64,000 bases of DNA, taken from Clostridia bacterium. GTDB lineage: Bacteria; Bacillota; Clostridia; TANB77; CAG-508. The position numbers and the translations under genes were made by a program. Every line of letters begins with the position of its first letter. The stretch's first letter is position 1. Below are positions 1-8,468 of this stretch, one piece after another. The DNA lies in NCBI GenBank assembly GCA_017469445.1, contig JAFUGK010000014.1, positions 160,229 to 224,228 of the forward strand, written 5' to 3'. The notes under the pieces were generated by a model. That model ran no database searches. It was not told where the DNA came from and was given only the letters and a program-made list of their open reading frames with translations.

Positions 1-935
1 ATAGATTGATACATATTAGGTTTTGGAACAGCTATGTAATCTTTAAATCTCCCCGGCATTGGGCTATATAGTTCATGAACAACGCCAAGTGCTGCATAGC
101 AGTCTTTTACTGAATTTACCAATATTCTTATTGCAAATAAATCATAAATTTCATCTAATGTTTTATTGTCTCTTAGCATTTTTCTATAAATGCTGTATAA
201 ATGTTTTGCTCTTCCTTCTATTTCAAATTCTATATTTTCTTTTCTTAAACCATCTTTTACATTTTGTACAATTTTATCTAAGAATTTTAATCTTTCTTCT
301 CTTTTTTTATCTAATCCTTGAACAATTTCAAAAAATTCTTCTGGGTACAAATATCTAAAAGATAAATCTTCAAGTTCCCATTTTAATGTATAAATACCAA
401 GTCTATTTGCAAGTGGAGCATATAAATCCATAGTTTCTTTTGCATTAGCTATTTGTCTATCTCTAGATAAATATTTTAAAGTTCTCATATTATGTAGTCT
501 ATCTGCTAGTTTTATAAGTATAACTCTTATGTCTTTTCCCATTGCTAAAAACATTTTTCTATAATCTTCTACTTGTTGTTCTTGTGCACTGGTATAAGAT
601 AATGTATTTAACTTTGTTACTCCAGCAACCATTTCAGCTACTGATTCGCCAAAAAGTTTATTAATATCTTCTATTGTAACTGGTGTATCTTCAACAACAT
701 CATGAAGCAATGCTGCACAAATTGTATCTTCATCCATTTCAAGTTCAGCTAATATATTTGCTACTTCTAATGGGTGAATAATATATGGTTCACCAGATTT
801 TCTTAATTGATTTTCATGCTGTTTATTTGCAAACTCATATGCTTTCATTATTTTAGCATCATCTATTTTACTATTTTTTTGTTTGGCTTTAGCTATAACT
901 TCTTCAATAGTAACAACCTTTTTATCTTTTTTCAT
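1..935 (-). CDS. relA: RelA/SpoT-family (p)ppGpp synthetase/hydrolase, N-terminal part (gene runs off the window start)
   Basis: Hand translation of the minus strand from ATG at 935 gives MKKDKKVVTIEEVIAKAK... It contains the HD-domain motif LLHDVVEDT. The frame stays open to position 1. It is absent from the ORF track because it is truncated. Confidence 0.85.
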   Translation of the reverse strand, partial: MKKDKKVVTIEEVIAKAKQKNSKIDDAKIMKAYEFANKQHENQLRKSGEPYIIHPLEVANILAELEMDEDTICAALLHDVVEDTPVTIEDINKLFGESVAEMVAGVTKLNTLSYTSAQEQQVEDYRKMFLAMGKDIRVILIKLADRLHNMRTLKYLSRDRQIANAKETMDLYAPLANRLGIYTLKWELEDLSFRYLYPEEFFEIVQGLDKKREERLKFLDKIVQNVKDGLRKENIEFEIEGRAKHLYSIYRKMLRDNKTLDEIYDLFAIRILVNSVKDCYAALGVVHELYSPMPGRFKDYIAVPKPNMYQS

Positions 936-955
936 TATGCTCCCTTCCTTTAGAT

Positions 956-2644
956 TTAATATGTTTTCATTATATCTTTTATATTAATTTGAACAAATTC
1001 ATTTCCATTAAAATTATTTATTTCTAAAGAGCCTGCGATATCTACATTATCTCCAAGTTGATATTCATCTGCTAAATGTCCTAAATTAAATCCAATAGCA
1101 TCTATCCATTGGTTTTCACATTTTAAGGATAATTTTAAATGTTTTCCTTCAGATAAAGCTCTAATTGAATCAATTTTCAAATTTTTAAACAAAATAACTG
1201 GCATTTTATTTGCCTCACCAAATGGTTCTAATATTTGCATTTCATTTGCTAATTCTTTTTTTATTTCTTTTCCAGTTAATTGTCCATCTAAGTTTAGAAT
1301 GGGTACTGCTTCTGAAATATTGCTTTCTTCTACTATTCTCTCAAATTTTTCTTTAAAAGTCACAAAATATTTTTCTTCAAGTGTAAGTCCAACAGCCATT
1401 GCATGTCCACCATATTTTAATAAATAATCTCCGCATTTACATAGTGCTTCATGTAAATCAAAGCCAGTAATACTTCTTCCAGATCCTTTAAGTACGCCAT
1501 CCTCTGTTGCAAATAATAATGTAGGTTTATAGTATTGTTCTATAAGTTTAGAAGCTACTATTCCTATTACTCCATGATGCCAAGTATCACTTGCAAGTAC
1601 TATACTATTCCTATTTGCTTCACTCTTATCATTTAACTTTTCTTGTACCTCTTTAAAAATCCTTTTTTCTATATTTTGCCTTTCTAAATTGTATTCTTCT
1701 AATTTTTTAGTTATTTCTTGTGCTTCCACAATATTAGGTGTTAAAAATAGTTTTAATGCTTCTTCTGCATGTCCCATTCTACCACAAGCATTAATTCTTG
1801 GGGCTACTCCAAAAGAAACTGCAGATGAATCTATTTTTTTATATCTAGAAACTTTTATTAATTCTCGAAGTCCAACATTTTTAGTTACCTCAACTAACTT
1901 CAATCCAAGTTTTGTTATAACTCTGTTTTCATCTATTAAAGGAACAATATCTGAAATAGTACCCACGCAAACTAAATCTAGATATTTTAGGTATTCTTTC
2001 TCTTCTAATTCTAGCTTAATAGATATAGCTTGTATAAGCTTAAAAACTACTCCAACTCCGGCTAGTCCTCTAAAAGGATATGTGCTATCTTTTCTTTTAG
2101 GATTAATTACAGCTATTGCAGGTGGAAGTTTTTCTACTGGTTCGTGATGATCAGTTATTATAGTATTAATACCTAAGCTATTTGCATATTCAACTTCTTC
2201 AACTGCAGAAATACCACAATCAACTGTTACCATTAAATCATAGTTTTTTACTGCTATTTCTTCTAAAGTTTCTTTCTTTAATCCATATCCTTCACTTAAT
2301 CTATTTGGAATATGATAATCTACTTCTAACCCTAATTCAGCTAAAAACTTTTTTAAAACAGCAATACTTGTAATTCCATCAACATCATAATCGCCATATA
2401 TAAGCATTTTACCTTTCTTATTAACCACTTCAAGTATTTTATCTACTGCAATATCCATATCATTTAATAAAAAAGGATTATAGAAATCATTTCTAGTTGG
2501 ATTTAAAAAAATTTTTATTTTATCAGAATCAACAATACCTCTACTAACTAAAATTCCAGATATTAATTTTGATATTCCGAATTCATTTGATATTTTTTCT
2601 GTTAACTCTTTATCTGGTGAAATATATTCCCATTTTTTCTTCAT
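956..2644 (-). CDS. recJ: Single-stranded-DNA-specific exonuclease RecJ
   Basis: 562 aa. DHH-family motifs are present (DYDVDGITS, VDCG, ITDHHEP) plus a DHHA1-like GGHAMAVG. An AAGGAG RBS precedes the ATG. The recJ-relA adjacency is typical of Firmicutes. Confidence 0.9.
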   Translation of the reverse strand: MKKKWEYISPDKELTEKISNEFGISKLISGILVSRGIVDSDKIKIFLNPTRNDFYNPFLLNDMDIAVDKILEVVNKKGKMLIYGDYDVDGITSIAVLKKFLAELGLEVDYHIPNRLSEGYGLKKETLEEIAVKNYDLMVTVDCGISAVEEVEYANSLGINTIITDHHEPVEKLPPAIAVINPKRKDSTYPFRGLAGVGVVFKLIQAISIKLELEEKEYLKYLDLVCVGTISDIVPLIDENRVITKLGLKLVEVTKNVGLRELIKVSRYKKIDSSAVSFGVAPRINACGRMGHAEEALKLFLTPNIVEAQEITKKLEEYNLERQNIEKRIFKEVQEKLNDKSEANRNSIVLASDTWHHGVIGIVASKLIEQYYKPTLLFATEDGVLKGSGRSITGFDLHEALCKCGDYLLKYGGHAMAVGLTLEEKYFVTFKEKFERIVEESNISEAVPILNLDGQLTGKEIKKELANEMQILEPFGEANKMPVILFKNLKIDSIRALSEGKHLKLSLKCENQWIDAIGFNLGHLADEYQLGDNVDIAGSLEINNFNGNEFVQINIKDIMKTY

Positions 2645-2660
2645 TTATTTCTCCTTGCTA

Positions 2661-2742
2661 ATGTGAGGGGACGCATCTTTCCTATGGGCATTTCTCTGTT
2701 GCTAAGAAATGTCCCCCTTCCCTTATGATCTAGTAATGTCAT
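2661..2742. repeat. P1 intergenic hairpin repeat, copy a (GGGGACA arms), between the rseP stop and the recJ RBS
   Basis: The arms gaggggacgcatctttcc / gaaatgtccccctt are followed by ttatgatctagtaatgtca. The sequence aligns with the copies at 6675-6756 and 35874-35974. Confidence 0.7.
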
Positions 2743-2760
2743 TTTTCTAGCTGCTATTTT

Positions 2761-3772
2761 TCAAAATATTCTCAATATATCATTATATGCCACATATACA
2801 GAAAGTAAAATCATAAGTATAAAACCAGCTGTTTGTATATTTAATTCTAATTCTGCATTCATTTTTTTTCTTCTAATTGCCTCTATCAATAATATTACTA
2901 TTTTTCCTCCATCTAAAGGTGGAAATGGTAGTAAGTTTGTTATTCCTAATGATAATGATATTAAAGCTAAAATATATACAAACTCTCCAAATCCAGTAGT
3001 TTTTGAAACCATAGAAGATATTCCAATAGGACCTGTTAATTGATCAGCTCTAATACCTCCTTTTGCTAGCTCTTTTAAATTATCTATTATAGATGCAGAA
3101 AAATTTGCTGTACTTAAGAATCCATAATAAATGCTGTTTGCAAAAGTTTTTTCAAGTGGCTTAAAATTTAATCCTATATAATAAATACCATTTTCATCTG
3201 CTTTAGGAGTTATATTAATATTTATAATTTCGTTATTTCTTTTTATTTCAAAGCTAATTTCATTCTCTTTTTCAGTATTTACAATTTCATTAAGTTCAGA
3301 TACTAAATTAATTTTCTTCCCATTTGCACTTATAATTTCATCATCAACTTGTATACCTGCTATTTCTGCACCATATCCACTTGCGACATCCGAAACCACC
3401 ATAGAATAGTAATTTCCCATACTTGTAGCAATTATAAAATAAACTAAAAGTCCAAAAATAATATTAACAACTCCACCTGCTGCTACAATAATTATTCTTT
3501 TCCATATGCTAATATTATTAAACGCCCTTGGGTCACTAGATTCTTCTTCTTCTCCTTCAAGCATAACATATCCGCCTAATGGAACTGCCCTTAAAGCATA
3601 TAAGGTTTCCCCTTTTTGCTTTCCAAAAATTTTCTTGCCAAATCCTATAGAAAATTCATTGACTTTAACATTGAAAAGCTTTGCTACTGTATAATGTCCG
3701 TCCTTCATGTATTAGCACTAAGAAACCTAATAAAACTATAAATTTAATTGCTGTTATTAAAAAACTTAACAA
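2761..3772 (-). pseudogene. rseP: RseP/RasP-type site-2 (M50) zinc metalloprotease with PDZ domain; apparent +1 frameshift inside the HExxH motif
   Basis: The track ORF 2761-3708 begins MKDGHYTVAKLFNVKVNEFSIGFG. Upstream, in another frame, a TTG at 3772 (RBS AAGGAGG 8 nt before) encodes MLSFLITAIKFIVLLGFLVLIHEG. The two His codons of the expected HExxH are 13 nt apart instead of 12 (CAT GAA GGA C GGA CAT). PDZ-like GAEIAGIQVDDEIISANGKKI is present, and the position after cdsA is conserved. Confidence 0.7.
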
Positions 3773-3785
3773 CTAACAAGCCTCC

Positions 3786-4586
3786 TTACATTATAATCAA
3801 AAATAAAAATGTAAATGGTGCTACAAAAATTATACTATCTAATCTATCTAACATTCCTCCATGTCCTGGAATCAAATTACTAAAATCTTTAACACCTGCA
3901 TATCTTTTTATTGTAGAAGCTGCCAAGTCTCCAATTTGCCCTACTATGCTTAAACAAATTGCAACAATTGCTATATATAAATAAGATATATTAAAGTTTA
4001 AGTATGTATTAAGTACAAATGTATAACCAAGTGTTAACAATAATCCACCTAAAAGACCTCCTATACACCCTTCAATGCTCTTTTTAGGACTTATAGATGT
4101 AAATTTATGCTTACCACACATTTTTCCTATTAAATATGCAAATAAATCTGTTCCCCATGCTGATAAAATTGCATACCATACTAATAACTTTCCATTCTCC
4201 ATCTCTACAATTATTGGTAAAAATATTATAAGTCCAATTATATATATTATACCCAAAAACGTAATTGCAGCATCATAAATTGTAACTTTCATTTCTGTAA
4301 AAATTACTTTAGCAAAAATCCAAACAATTATAAATGGTATAAAAAACAACAAGTACATTTGTTGGCTTGAAGGTAATATATGTATAAATGGTATTATTAA
4401 AGCTGAAATATACCCAATTTCAACTATTGGTTTTGCCTTTCCTTTAAAGCATGAAAAATATTCATTTAAGCACATTATTGCAACAATTGTAAAAACTATA
4501 TTAATAATTAACTTATTTCCTAAAGTTAATACTGCAACAAGTAGTGGAAAGCCAAGAAGTCCAGATATCCATCTTTGCGTGTTCAT
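3786..4586 (-). CDS. cdsA: Phosphatidate cytidylyltransferase
   Basis: This is a multi-pass membrane protein with the C-terminal CTP-transferase signature SxxKRxxGVKDFSNLIPGHGGMLDRLDS. I prefer the ATG at 4586 (RBS AGGGGA) over the track start at 4616. It follows uppS. Confidence 0.85.
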   Translation of the reverse strand: MNTQRWISGLLGFPLLVAVLTLGNKLIINIVFTIVAIMCLNEYFSCFKGKAKPIVEIGYISALIIPFIHILPSSQQMYLLFFIPFIIVWIFAKVIFTEMKVTIYDAAITFLGIIYIIGLIIFLPIIVEMENGKLLVWYAILSAWGTDLFAYLIGKMCGKHKFTSISPKKSIEGCIGGLLGGLLLTLGYTFVLNTYLNFNISYLYIAIVAICLSIVGQIGDLAASTIKRYAGVKDFSNLIPGHGGMLDRLDSIIFVAPFTFLFLIIM

Positions 4587-4602
4587 TATTTTCCCCTTTC
4601 TA

Positions 4603-5319
4603 CTATTTGGCTCCAAATCTTCTGTTTCGTCTTTGATATTCTTTAATTGCTTCTATTAATGATTCTTCATCAAAATCAGGCCAATATTTTTCTACAAAAT
4701 AAAATTCAGAATAAACAATCTGCCATGGCAAGAAATTACTTGTTCTAAGTTCTCCACCTGTTCTTATCACTAAATCAGGATCAGGTTCTCCATGTGTATA
4801 TAATGAATTTGCGACTTCAGCTTCATTTATATCTTCTAAATTTATTTTTCCGTCTAACACTTTTTTAGATATATCTTTAACTGCTTTTACAATTTCTGCT
4901 CTTCCACCATAATTAAATGCAATATTAAGAGTTAATCCTGTATTATCTTTTGTTAACTCAATTGTTTCTTTCATTTTATTTTTTAGGCTTTCATTAAGTA
5001 CTTCTATATCTCCAAGCACACGAACTTGAATATTTTCTTCTTTTGCCCTCTTTGCAAATTTATTTAAATATGCTTCAAGCAAAATCATTAAAGCACCTAT
5101 TTCTTCTTCTGTTCTTTTCCAATTTTCTGTAGAAAAAGCATATACAGTTAAATATTTTATACCAATTTTATTTGCATATAGAGTTATTTTTTCTAATGCA
5201 TCTGCACCTGCTTTATGACCTAGTTTTGCCTCAAGTCCTTTTTGTTTTGCCCATCTTCTATTGCCATCCATAATAATCGCAATATGTTTAGGTAAATTAT
5301 TTAAATCTATTTCTTCCAT
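4603..5319 (-). CDS. uppS: Undecaprenyl-diphosphate synthase (cis-isoprenyl transferase)
   Basis: Motifs HIAIIMDGNRRWA, LTVYAFSTENWKR and RTGGELRTSNFLPWQ are present. The frr-uppS-cdsA order is conserved. Confidence 0.9.
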   Translation of the reverse strand: MEEIDLNNLPKHIAIIMDGNRRWAKQKGLEAKLGHKAGADALEKITLYANKIGIKYLTVYAFSTENWKRTEEEIGALMILLEAYLNKFAKRAKEENIQVRVLGDIEVLNESLKNKMKETIELTKDNTGLTLNIAFNYGGRAEIVKAVKDISKKVLDGKINLEDINEAEVANSLYTHGEPDPDLVIRTGGELRTSNFLPWQIVYSEFYFVEKYWPDFDEESLIEAIKEYQRRNRRFGAK

Positions 5320-5376
5320 ATATTTCTCCTTAAAAATAGTGTAATTATATTAATATATATTTTATAATTTATATAT

Positions 5377-5934
5377 CTATACCGACATAATTTCCTTTTC
5401 TTTATTTGCTAGTATACTGTCTATTTCGTCTATTTTGTCATCAGTTAGCTTTTGTATATCATTTTCGGCTTTTTTTAATTCATCTTCTGTTATAAGACTT
5501 TCTTTTTGCATATCTTTATATTCATCCATTCCTTCTCTTCTTATAGCTCTGATTGCAACTTTAGAATCTTCTGCTATTTTCTTAATGTCTTTGACCAATT
5601 CTTTTCTTCTCTCCTCTGTTAATTCTGGAAATGCTAATCTAATTACTTTTCCATCATTGTTAGGGTTTATTCCTATATCTGATTTTAATATTTCTTTTTC
5701 AATTTCTTTTAATATACTAGCATCCCATGGTTGTATTACTATTAACCTTGCTTCTGGCACAGATACACCAGCTACTTGAGTAATAGGTGTTGGTACCCCA
5801 TAGTAATCAACTTTAATTTTGTTTAATATAGCTGGGTTTGCTCTTCCAGCTCTTATTTCTGATAAATTTTCTTTGTAAACACTAATTGTTTTTTCCATTT
5901 TTTCTTTAATTTCTGTATAATCTGACATTTTCAT
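5377..5934 (-). CDS. frr: Ribosome recycling factor
   Basis: 185 aa with a typical RRF sequence (IRAGRANPAILNKIKVDYYG, LTEERRKELVK). It lies between pyrH and uppS. Confidence 0.9.
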   Translation of the reverse strand: MKMSDYTEIKEKMEKTISVYKENLSEIRAGRANPAILNKIKVDYYGVPTPITQVAGVSVPEARLIVIQPWDASILKEIEKEILKSDIGINPNNDGKVIRLAFPELTEERRKELVKDIKKIAEDSKVAIRAIRREGMDEYKDMQKESLITEDELKKAENDIQKLTDDKIDEIDSILANKEKEIMSV

Positions 5935-5939
5935 TCCTC

Positions 5940-6653
5940 CTAATTTTCTATTATAGTTCCAATATTTTCTCCTTTAACAACTCTTTCAATATTGCCAGGA
6001 GTATTCATTTCAAAGACAATTCCAGGTATGTTATTGTCCATACATAATGAAATTGCTGTTGAATCTAAAACCTTTAATTGTTTTTCTAATACTTCCATAT
6101 ATGATATTCTTTCGTATCTTGTTGCATTTTTATCTATTTTTGGATCTGCAGAATATACTGCATCTATTGTTTTTGCAAATAATATGACATCTGCTTCTAC
6201 TTCTGCCGCTCTTAATGCAGCTGCTGTATCTGTAGAAAAGTATGGATTTCCAGTTCCACATGCAAAAATTACAATTCTATTTTTATCTAAATGATGCATT
6301 GCTCTTCTACGTATATAAGGTTCTGCTACTTCTTTCATTTCTATAGCAGTTTGAACTCTTGTTGCAACACCTCTAGATTCTAGCTCAGATTGTATAGCTA
6401 AAGCATTTATAGATGTAGCAAGCATACCCATGTAATCTGATGTTGTTCTTTCTATTGTTGTACCAAATCTTCCTCTCCAGAAGTTTCCACCACCTACAAC
6501 TATTGTAATATCTACTCCAAGATCTTTTACATTTTTAATTTGCTCGCAAATTCTAGATAGTACTTCTGGATCTATTCCTGTCTTTTTTTCACCTGCTAGG
6601 GCTTCACCACTAAGTTTTAAAAGTATTCTATTGTATTTTAACTTTTCTCCCAA
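5940..6653 (-). CDS. pyrH: UMP kinase
   Basis: The N-terminus is [14 protein letters not shown], followed by [10 protein letters not shown]. It uses a TTG start with the RBS AAGGAGAG 8 nt upstream. Confidence 0.9.
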   Translation of the reverse strand: MGEKLKYNRILLKLSGEALAGEKKTGIDPEVLSRICEQIKNVKDLGVDITIVVGGGNFWRGRFGTTIERTTSDYMGMLATSINALAIQSELESRGVATRVQTAIEMKEVAEPYIRRRAMHHLDKNRIVIFACGTGNPYFSTDTAAALRAAEVEADVILFAKTIDAVYSADPKIDKNATRYERISYMEVLEKQLKVLDSTAISLCMDNNIPGIVFEMNTPGNIERVVKGENIGTIIEN

Positions 6654-6674
6654 TAGTTACACTCTCCTTCTTAT

Positions 6675-6756
6675 TTGTAAGGGGACACATCTTTCCCTAT
6701 GGTCATTAGCATGCAGGATAAGATATGTCCCCTTACTTATGAGCTAATGATGTCAT
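6675..6756. repeat. P1 intergenic hairpin repeat, copy b, immediately upstream of the pyrH RBS
   Basis: gtaaggggacacatctttcc ... ggataagatatgtccccttac forms a stem of about 17-20 bp, followed by ttatgagctaatgatgtca. On the minus strand a mini-ORF, ATG ACA TCA TTA GCT CAT AAG TAA (6756-6733), ends at the stem base. Confidence 0.7.
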
Positions 6757-6865
6757 ATTTCAAAATGCTCTCCTATAATATATTTTTATTATTTTATCAT
6801 ATATTATTATAAATTGGAAAGGTTTTTTGAAAATAATTTAACATTTTTTAGAAAAAATAATGTTT

Positions 6866-6898
6866 AAGAGGAATACTCGAAAAACGAATATTCCTCTT
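6866..6898 (-). terminator. Hairpin terminator after CDS 6910-7344
   Basis: aagaggaatactcg / cgaatattcctctt inverted repeat. On the minus strand it is followed by a T-rich tract. Confidence 0.6.
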
Positions 6899-6909
6899 GG
6901 GGTTTTTAA

Positions 6910-7344
6910 CTATTTTTTTCTGTACATTGCAAAACATGAATTGCTTTTACGCATACTTGACATACGCAAATTAAATCTTTCCTTGCGATTTTCGTCAGCT
7001 ATAGTTTTTAAAGCTTTTATCTTTTCCATGCTTTTATCTTTCATCTCTGAATAAATTTCAATGTACTTTCGATTTTTCACAACCAGCCTTCTTAACTTCA
7101 TATACAAGGAACTATCTGTTATACCTTTTCTCTTAACGCATTTAGGTACAACACAATTGCCTCCCGCATAAATAACAAGAGCCTGTTTAACAATTTCATC
7201 AGGCGTTTTAAAGACTGTTGGGCTTTTTTTCATCTCATTTAAAACGATTTTCAGGAATTTGAACTTATTAAGTTCTATCCGTTCAATATTCCCATCCTCT
7301 GAAACCTTAACTATGCTGTTGCCAAAACAAAAAACCCTTTTCAA
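6910..7344 (-). CDS. Hypothetical protein, paralog A of a two-member family (no recognisable domain)
   Basis: 144 aa. It shares an N-terminal KRxFxxGNxI...V, a central SDSxFYxK...IV and a basic C-terminal A.KRKAL-type helix with CDS 7462-7857. It has its own promoter and terminator. Confidence 0.6.
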   Translation of the reverse strand: MKRVFCFGNSIVKVSEDGNIERIELNKFKFLKIVLNEMKKSPTVFKTPDEIVKQALVIYAGGNCVVPKCVKRKGITDSSLYMKLRRLVVKNRKYIEIYSEMKDKSMEKIKALKTIADENRKERFNLRMSSMRKSNSCFAMYRKK

Positions 7345-7383
7345 AATCTATACCCCCTTTTGGTAAGAATAAACTACATATAT

Positions 7384-7412
7384 ATTATAACATTTTTTTC
7401 TAGAATTTACAA
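7384..7412 (-). promoter_or_regulatory. Sigma-A-type promoter for CDS 6910-7344
   Basis: On the minus strand: TTGTAA, a 17-nt spacer, then TATAAT. Confidence 0.55.
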
Positions 7413-7423
7413 ATAGATGGGAA

Positions 7424-7453
7424 AAGGAAGTATTCGATTTCGAACACTTCCTT
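7424..7453 (-). terminator. Hairpin terminator after CDS 7462-7857
   Basis: aaggaagtattcga / tcgaacacttcctt inverted repeat, followed by T-rich sequence on the minus strand. Confidence 0.55.
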
Positions 7454-7461
7454 TCAAATGA

Positions 7462-7857
7462 CTATATTCTGTTTTTTTGTCCCCAGCAGCATGGCGAAAC
7501 ATTCCTTGCTTTTTCGTTTTCTTTACGTAAAGCTTTACGTTTTTCAGCATTTGCTTCAATTACTGCTTTTGCCACATTTTTAAAATCATACTCCTGAACT
7601 ATAATTTTTTTCCATTTAGCATAGAACTCACTGTCAGAAATGCTCTTTTTCTGATGTATTCTTTGTGGCAATTTTGCGCCTACATATTCAGCAATACACC
7701 CTCGAAGTAACAAATCTGGGTTATAGAATTTTTGAGATGCCAGCAAACTAATAATTATCTGCCGGAATTTTTCTTCATTAAATTCTACTACCGAAAAGAC
7801 TTTATTGTCGACTGTTCCAATTTCGTTGCCATATGCAAAATATCTTTTCATAGCCAT
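7462..7857 (-). CDS. Hypothetical protein, paralog B of the 6910-7344 family
   Basis: 131 aa, beginning MAMKRYFAYGNEIGTV... It shares motifs with paralog A and is visibly more GC-rich than the flanking core genes. Confidence 0.6.
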   Translation of the reverse strand: MAMKRYFAYGNEIGTVDNKVFSVVEFNEEKFRQIIISLLASQKFYNPDLLLRGCIAEYVGAKLPQRIHQKKSISDSEFYAKWKKIIVQEYDFKNVAKAVIEANAEKRKALRKENEKARNVSPCCWGQKNRI

Positions 7858-7891
7858 CCCCCTCCTAAAGCACTAAATTTAAGCGACTAAG

Positions 7892-7923
7892 TATATTATA
7901 TCATAAATTTACATAATATTCAA
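7892..7923 (-). promoter_or_regulatory. Consensus-like sigma-A promoter (32-nt repeat, copy 1) for CDS 7462-7857
   Basis: On the minus strand: TTGAAT, the 17-nt spacer attatgtaaatttatga, then TATAAT. All 32 nt are identical to 8404-8435. Confidence 0.7.
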
Positions 7924-7930
7924 GCAAAAA

Positions 7931-7963
7931 ATCAAGGCTTTACAATTACTGTAAAGCCTTGAT
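7931..7963 (-). terminator. Rho-independent terminator after CDS 7971-8366
   Basis: atcaaggctttaca / tgtaaagccttgat stem, followed by TTTTTTG on the minus strand. Confidence 0.75.
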
Positions 7964-7970
7964 TGTGTAC

Positions 7971-8366
7971 TTACCAATTTTCGTTATTTTCTTGGATTTC
8001 CAGTATATAGGCGAAAAACATAGCAAGGAACACTGAAATAACGCAAGAAAAAGTTAAAAACAAGCTTCCAATTGATTCAGGCATTCTTTTTTCTCCAAAG
8101 AAATACATGCTTGCCGCGCCAACAACTAACATCATAAAATAACTGCAAAATGTTATTTGGACCTCGTCTTTCAAGCAATCCTCGTATTTTCCCTTTTCCC
8201 TTGTGAAATACCGGACTAAAAAATACATTACTGCAAACACTAATGCAACAATCATTGTGCTGCCAACTCCATTAAATATAAGATTTCCTCCTAAAATTAA
8301 TGAAAAAGCTAACATCACAAATACTGCCACAAGTACTGCTAATCCAAATAATGCCGCTGTTGCCAT
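7971..8366 (-). CDS. Small integral membrane protein (about 4 predicted TM helices), unknown function
   Basis: 131 aa with four hydrophobic stretches (AALFGLAVLVAVFVMLAF, STMIVALVFAVMYFLV, FCSYFMMLVVGAASMYFF, LFLTFSCVISVFLAMFFAYIL). It has its own promoter and terminator. Confidence 0.6.
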   Translation of the reverse strand: MATAALFGLAVLVAVFVMLAFSLILGGNLIFNGVGSTMIVALVFAVMYFLVRYFTREKGKYEDCLKDEVQITFCSYFMMLVVGAASMYFFGEKRMPESIGSLFLTFSCVISVFLAMFFAYILEIQENNENW

Positions 8367-8403
8367 AGTACACCTCCGTAAGTTTTATTATTTTGAAACT
8401 ATA

Positions 8404-8435
8404 TATATTATATCATAAATTTACATAATATTCAA
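8404..8435 (-). promoter_or_regulatory. Consensus-like sigma-A promoter (32-nt repeat, copy 2) for CDS 7971-8366
   Basis: It is identical over 32 nt to 7892-7923 (TTGAAT-17-TATAAT on the minus strand). Confidence 0.7.
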
Positions 8436-8440
8436 ATATA

Positions 8441-8463
8441 AAGGACGACCAATGGTCGTCCTT
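8441..8463 (-). terminator. thrS terminator hairpin
   Basis: aaggacgacc..tggtcgtcctt stem directly after the thrS stop codon. Confidence 0.65.
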
Positions 8464-8468
8464 ACATT

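Noticed and set aside
59-358. Plus-strand 99-aa ORF at the window start.
   Set aside because: It is antisense to the clearly coding relA/spoT frame (HD domain and synthetase region readable on the minus strand), and its translation is hydrophobic and low-complexity.
6675-6756. P1 as a known riboswitch or r-protein/pyr leader (for example a PyrR site upstream of pyrH).
   Set aside because: I could not recognise any match to the conserved cores of PyrR binding loops or of the common riboswitch classes (TPP, FMN, SAM, purine, c-di-GMP, ZTP, fluoride and others). The same module also precedes functionally unrelated genes.
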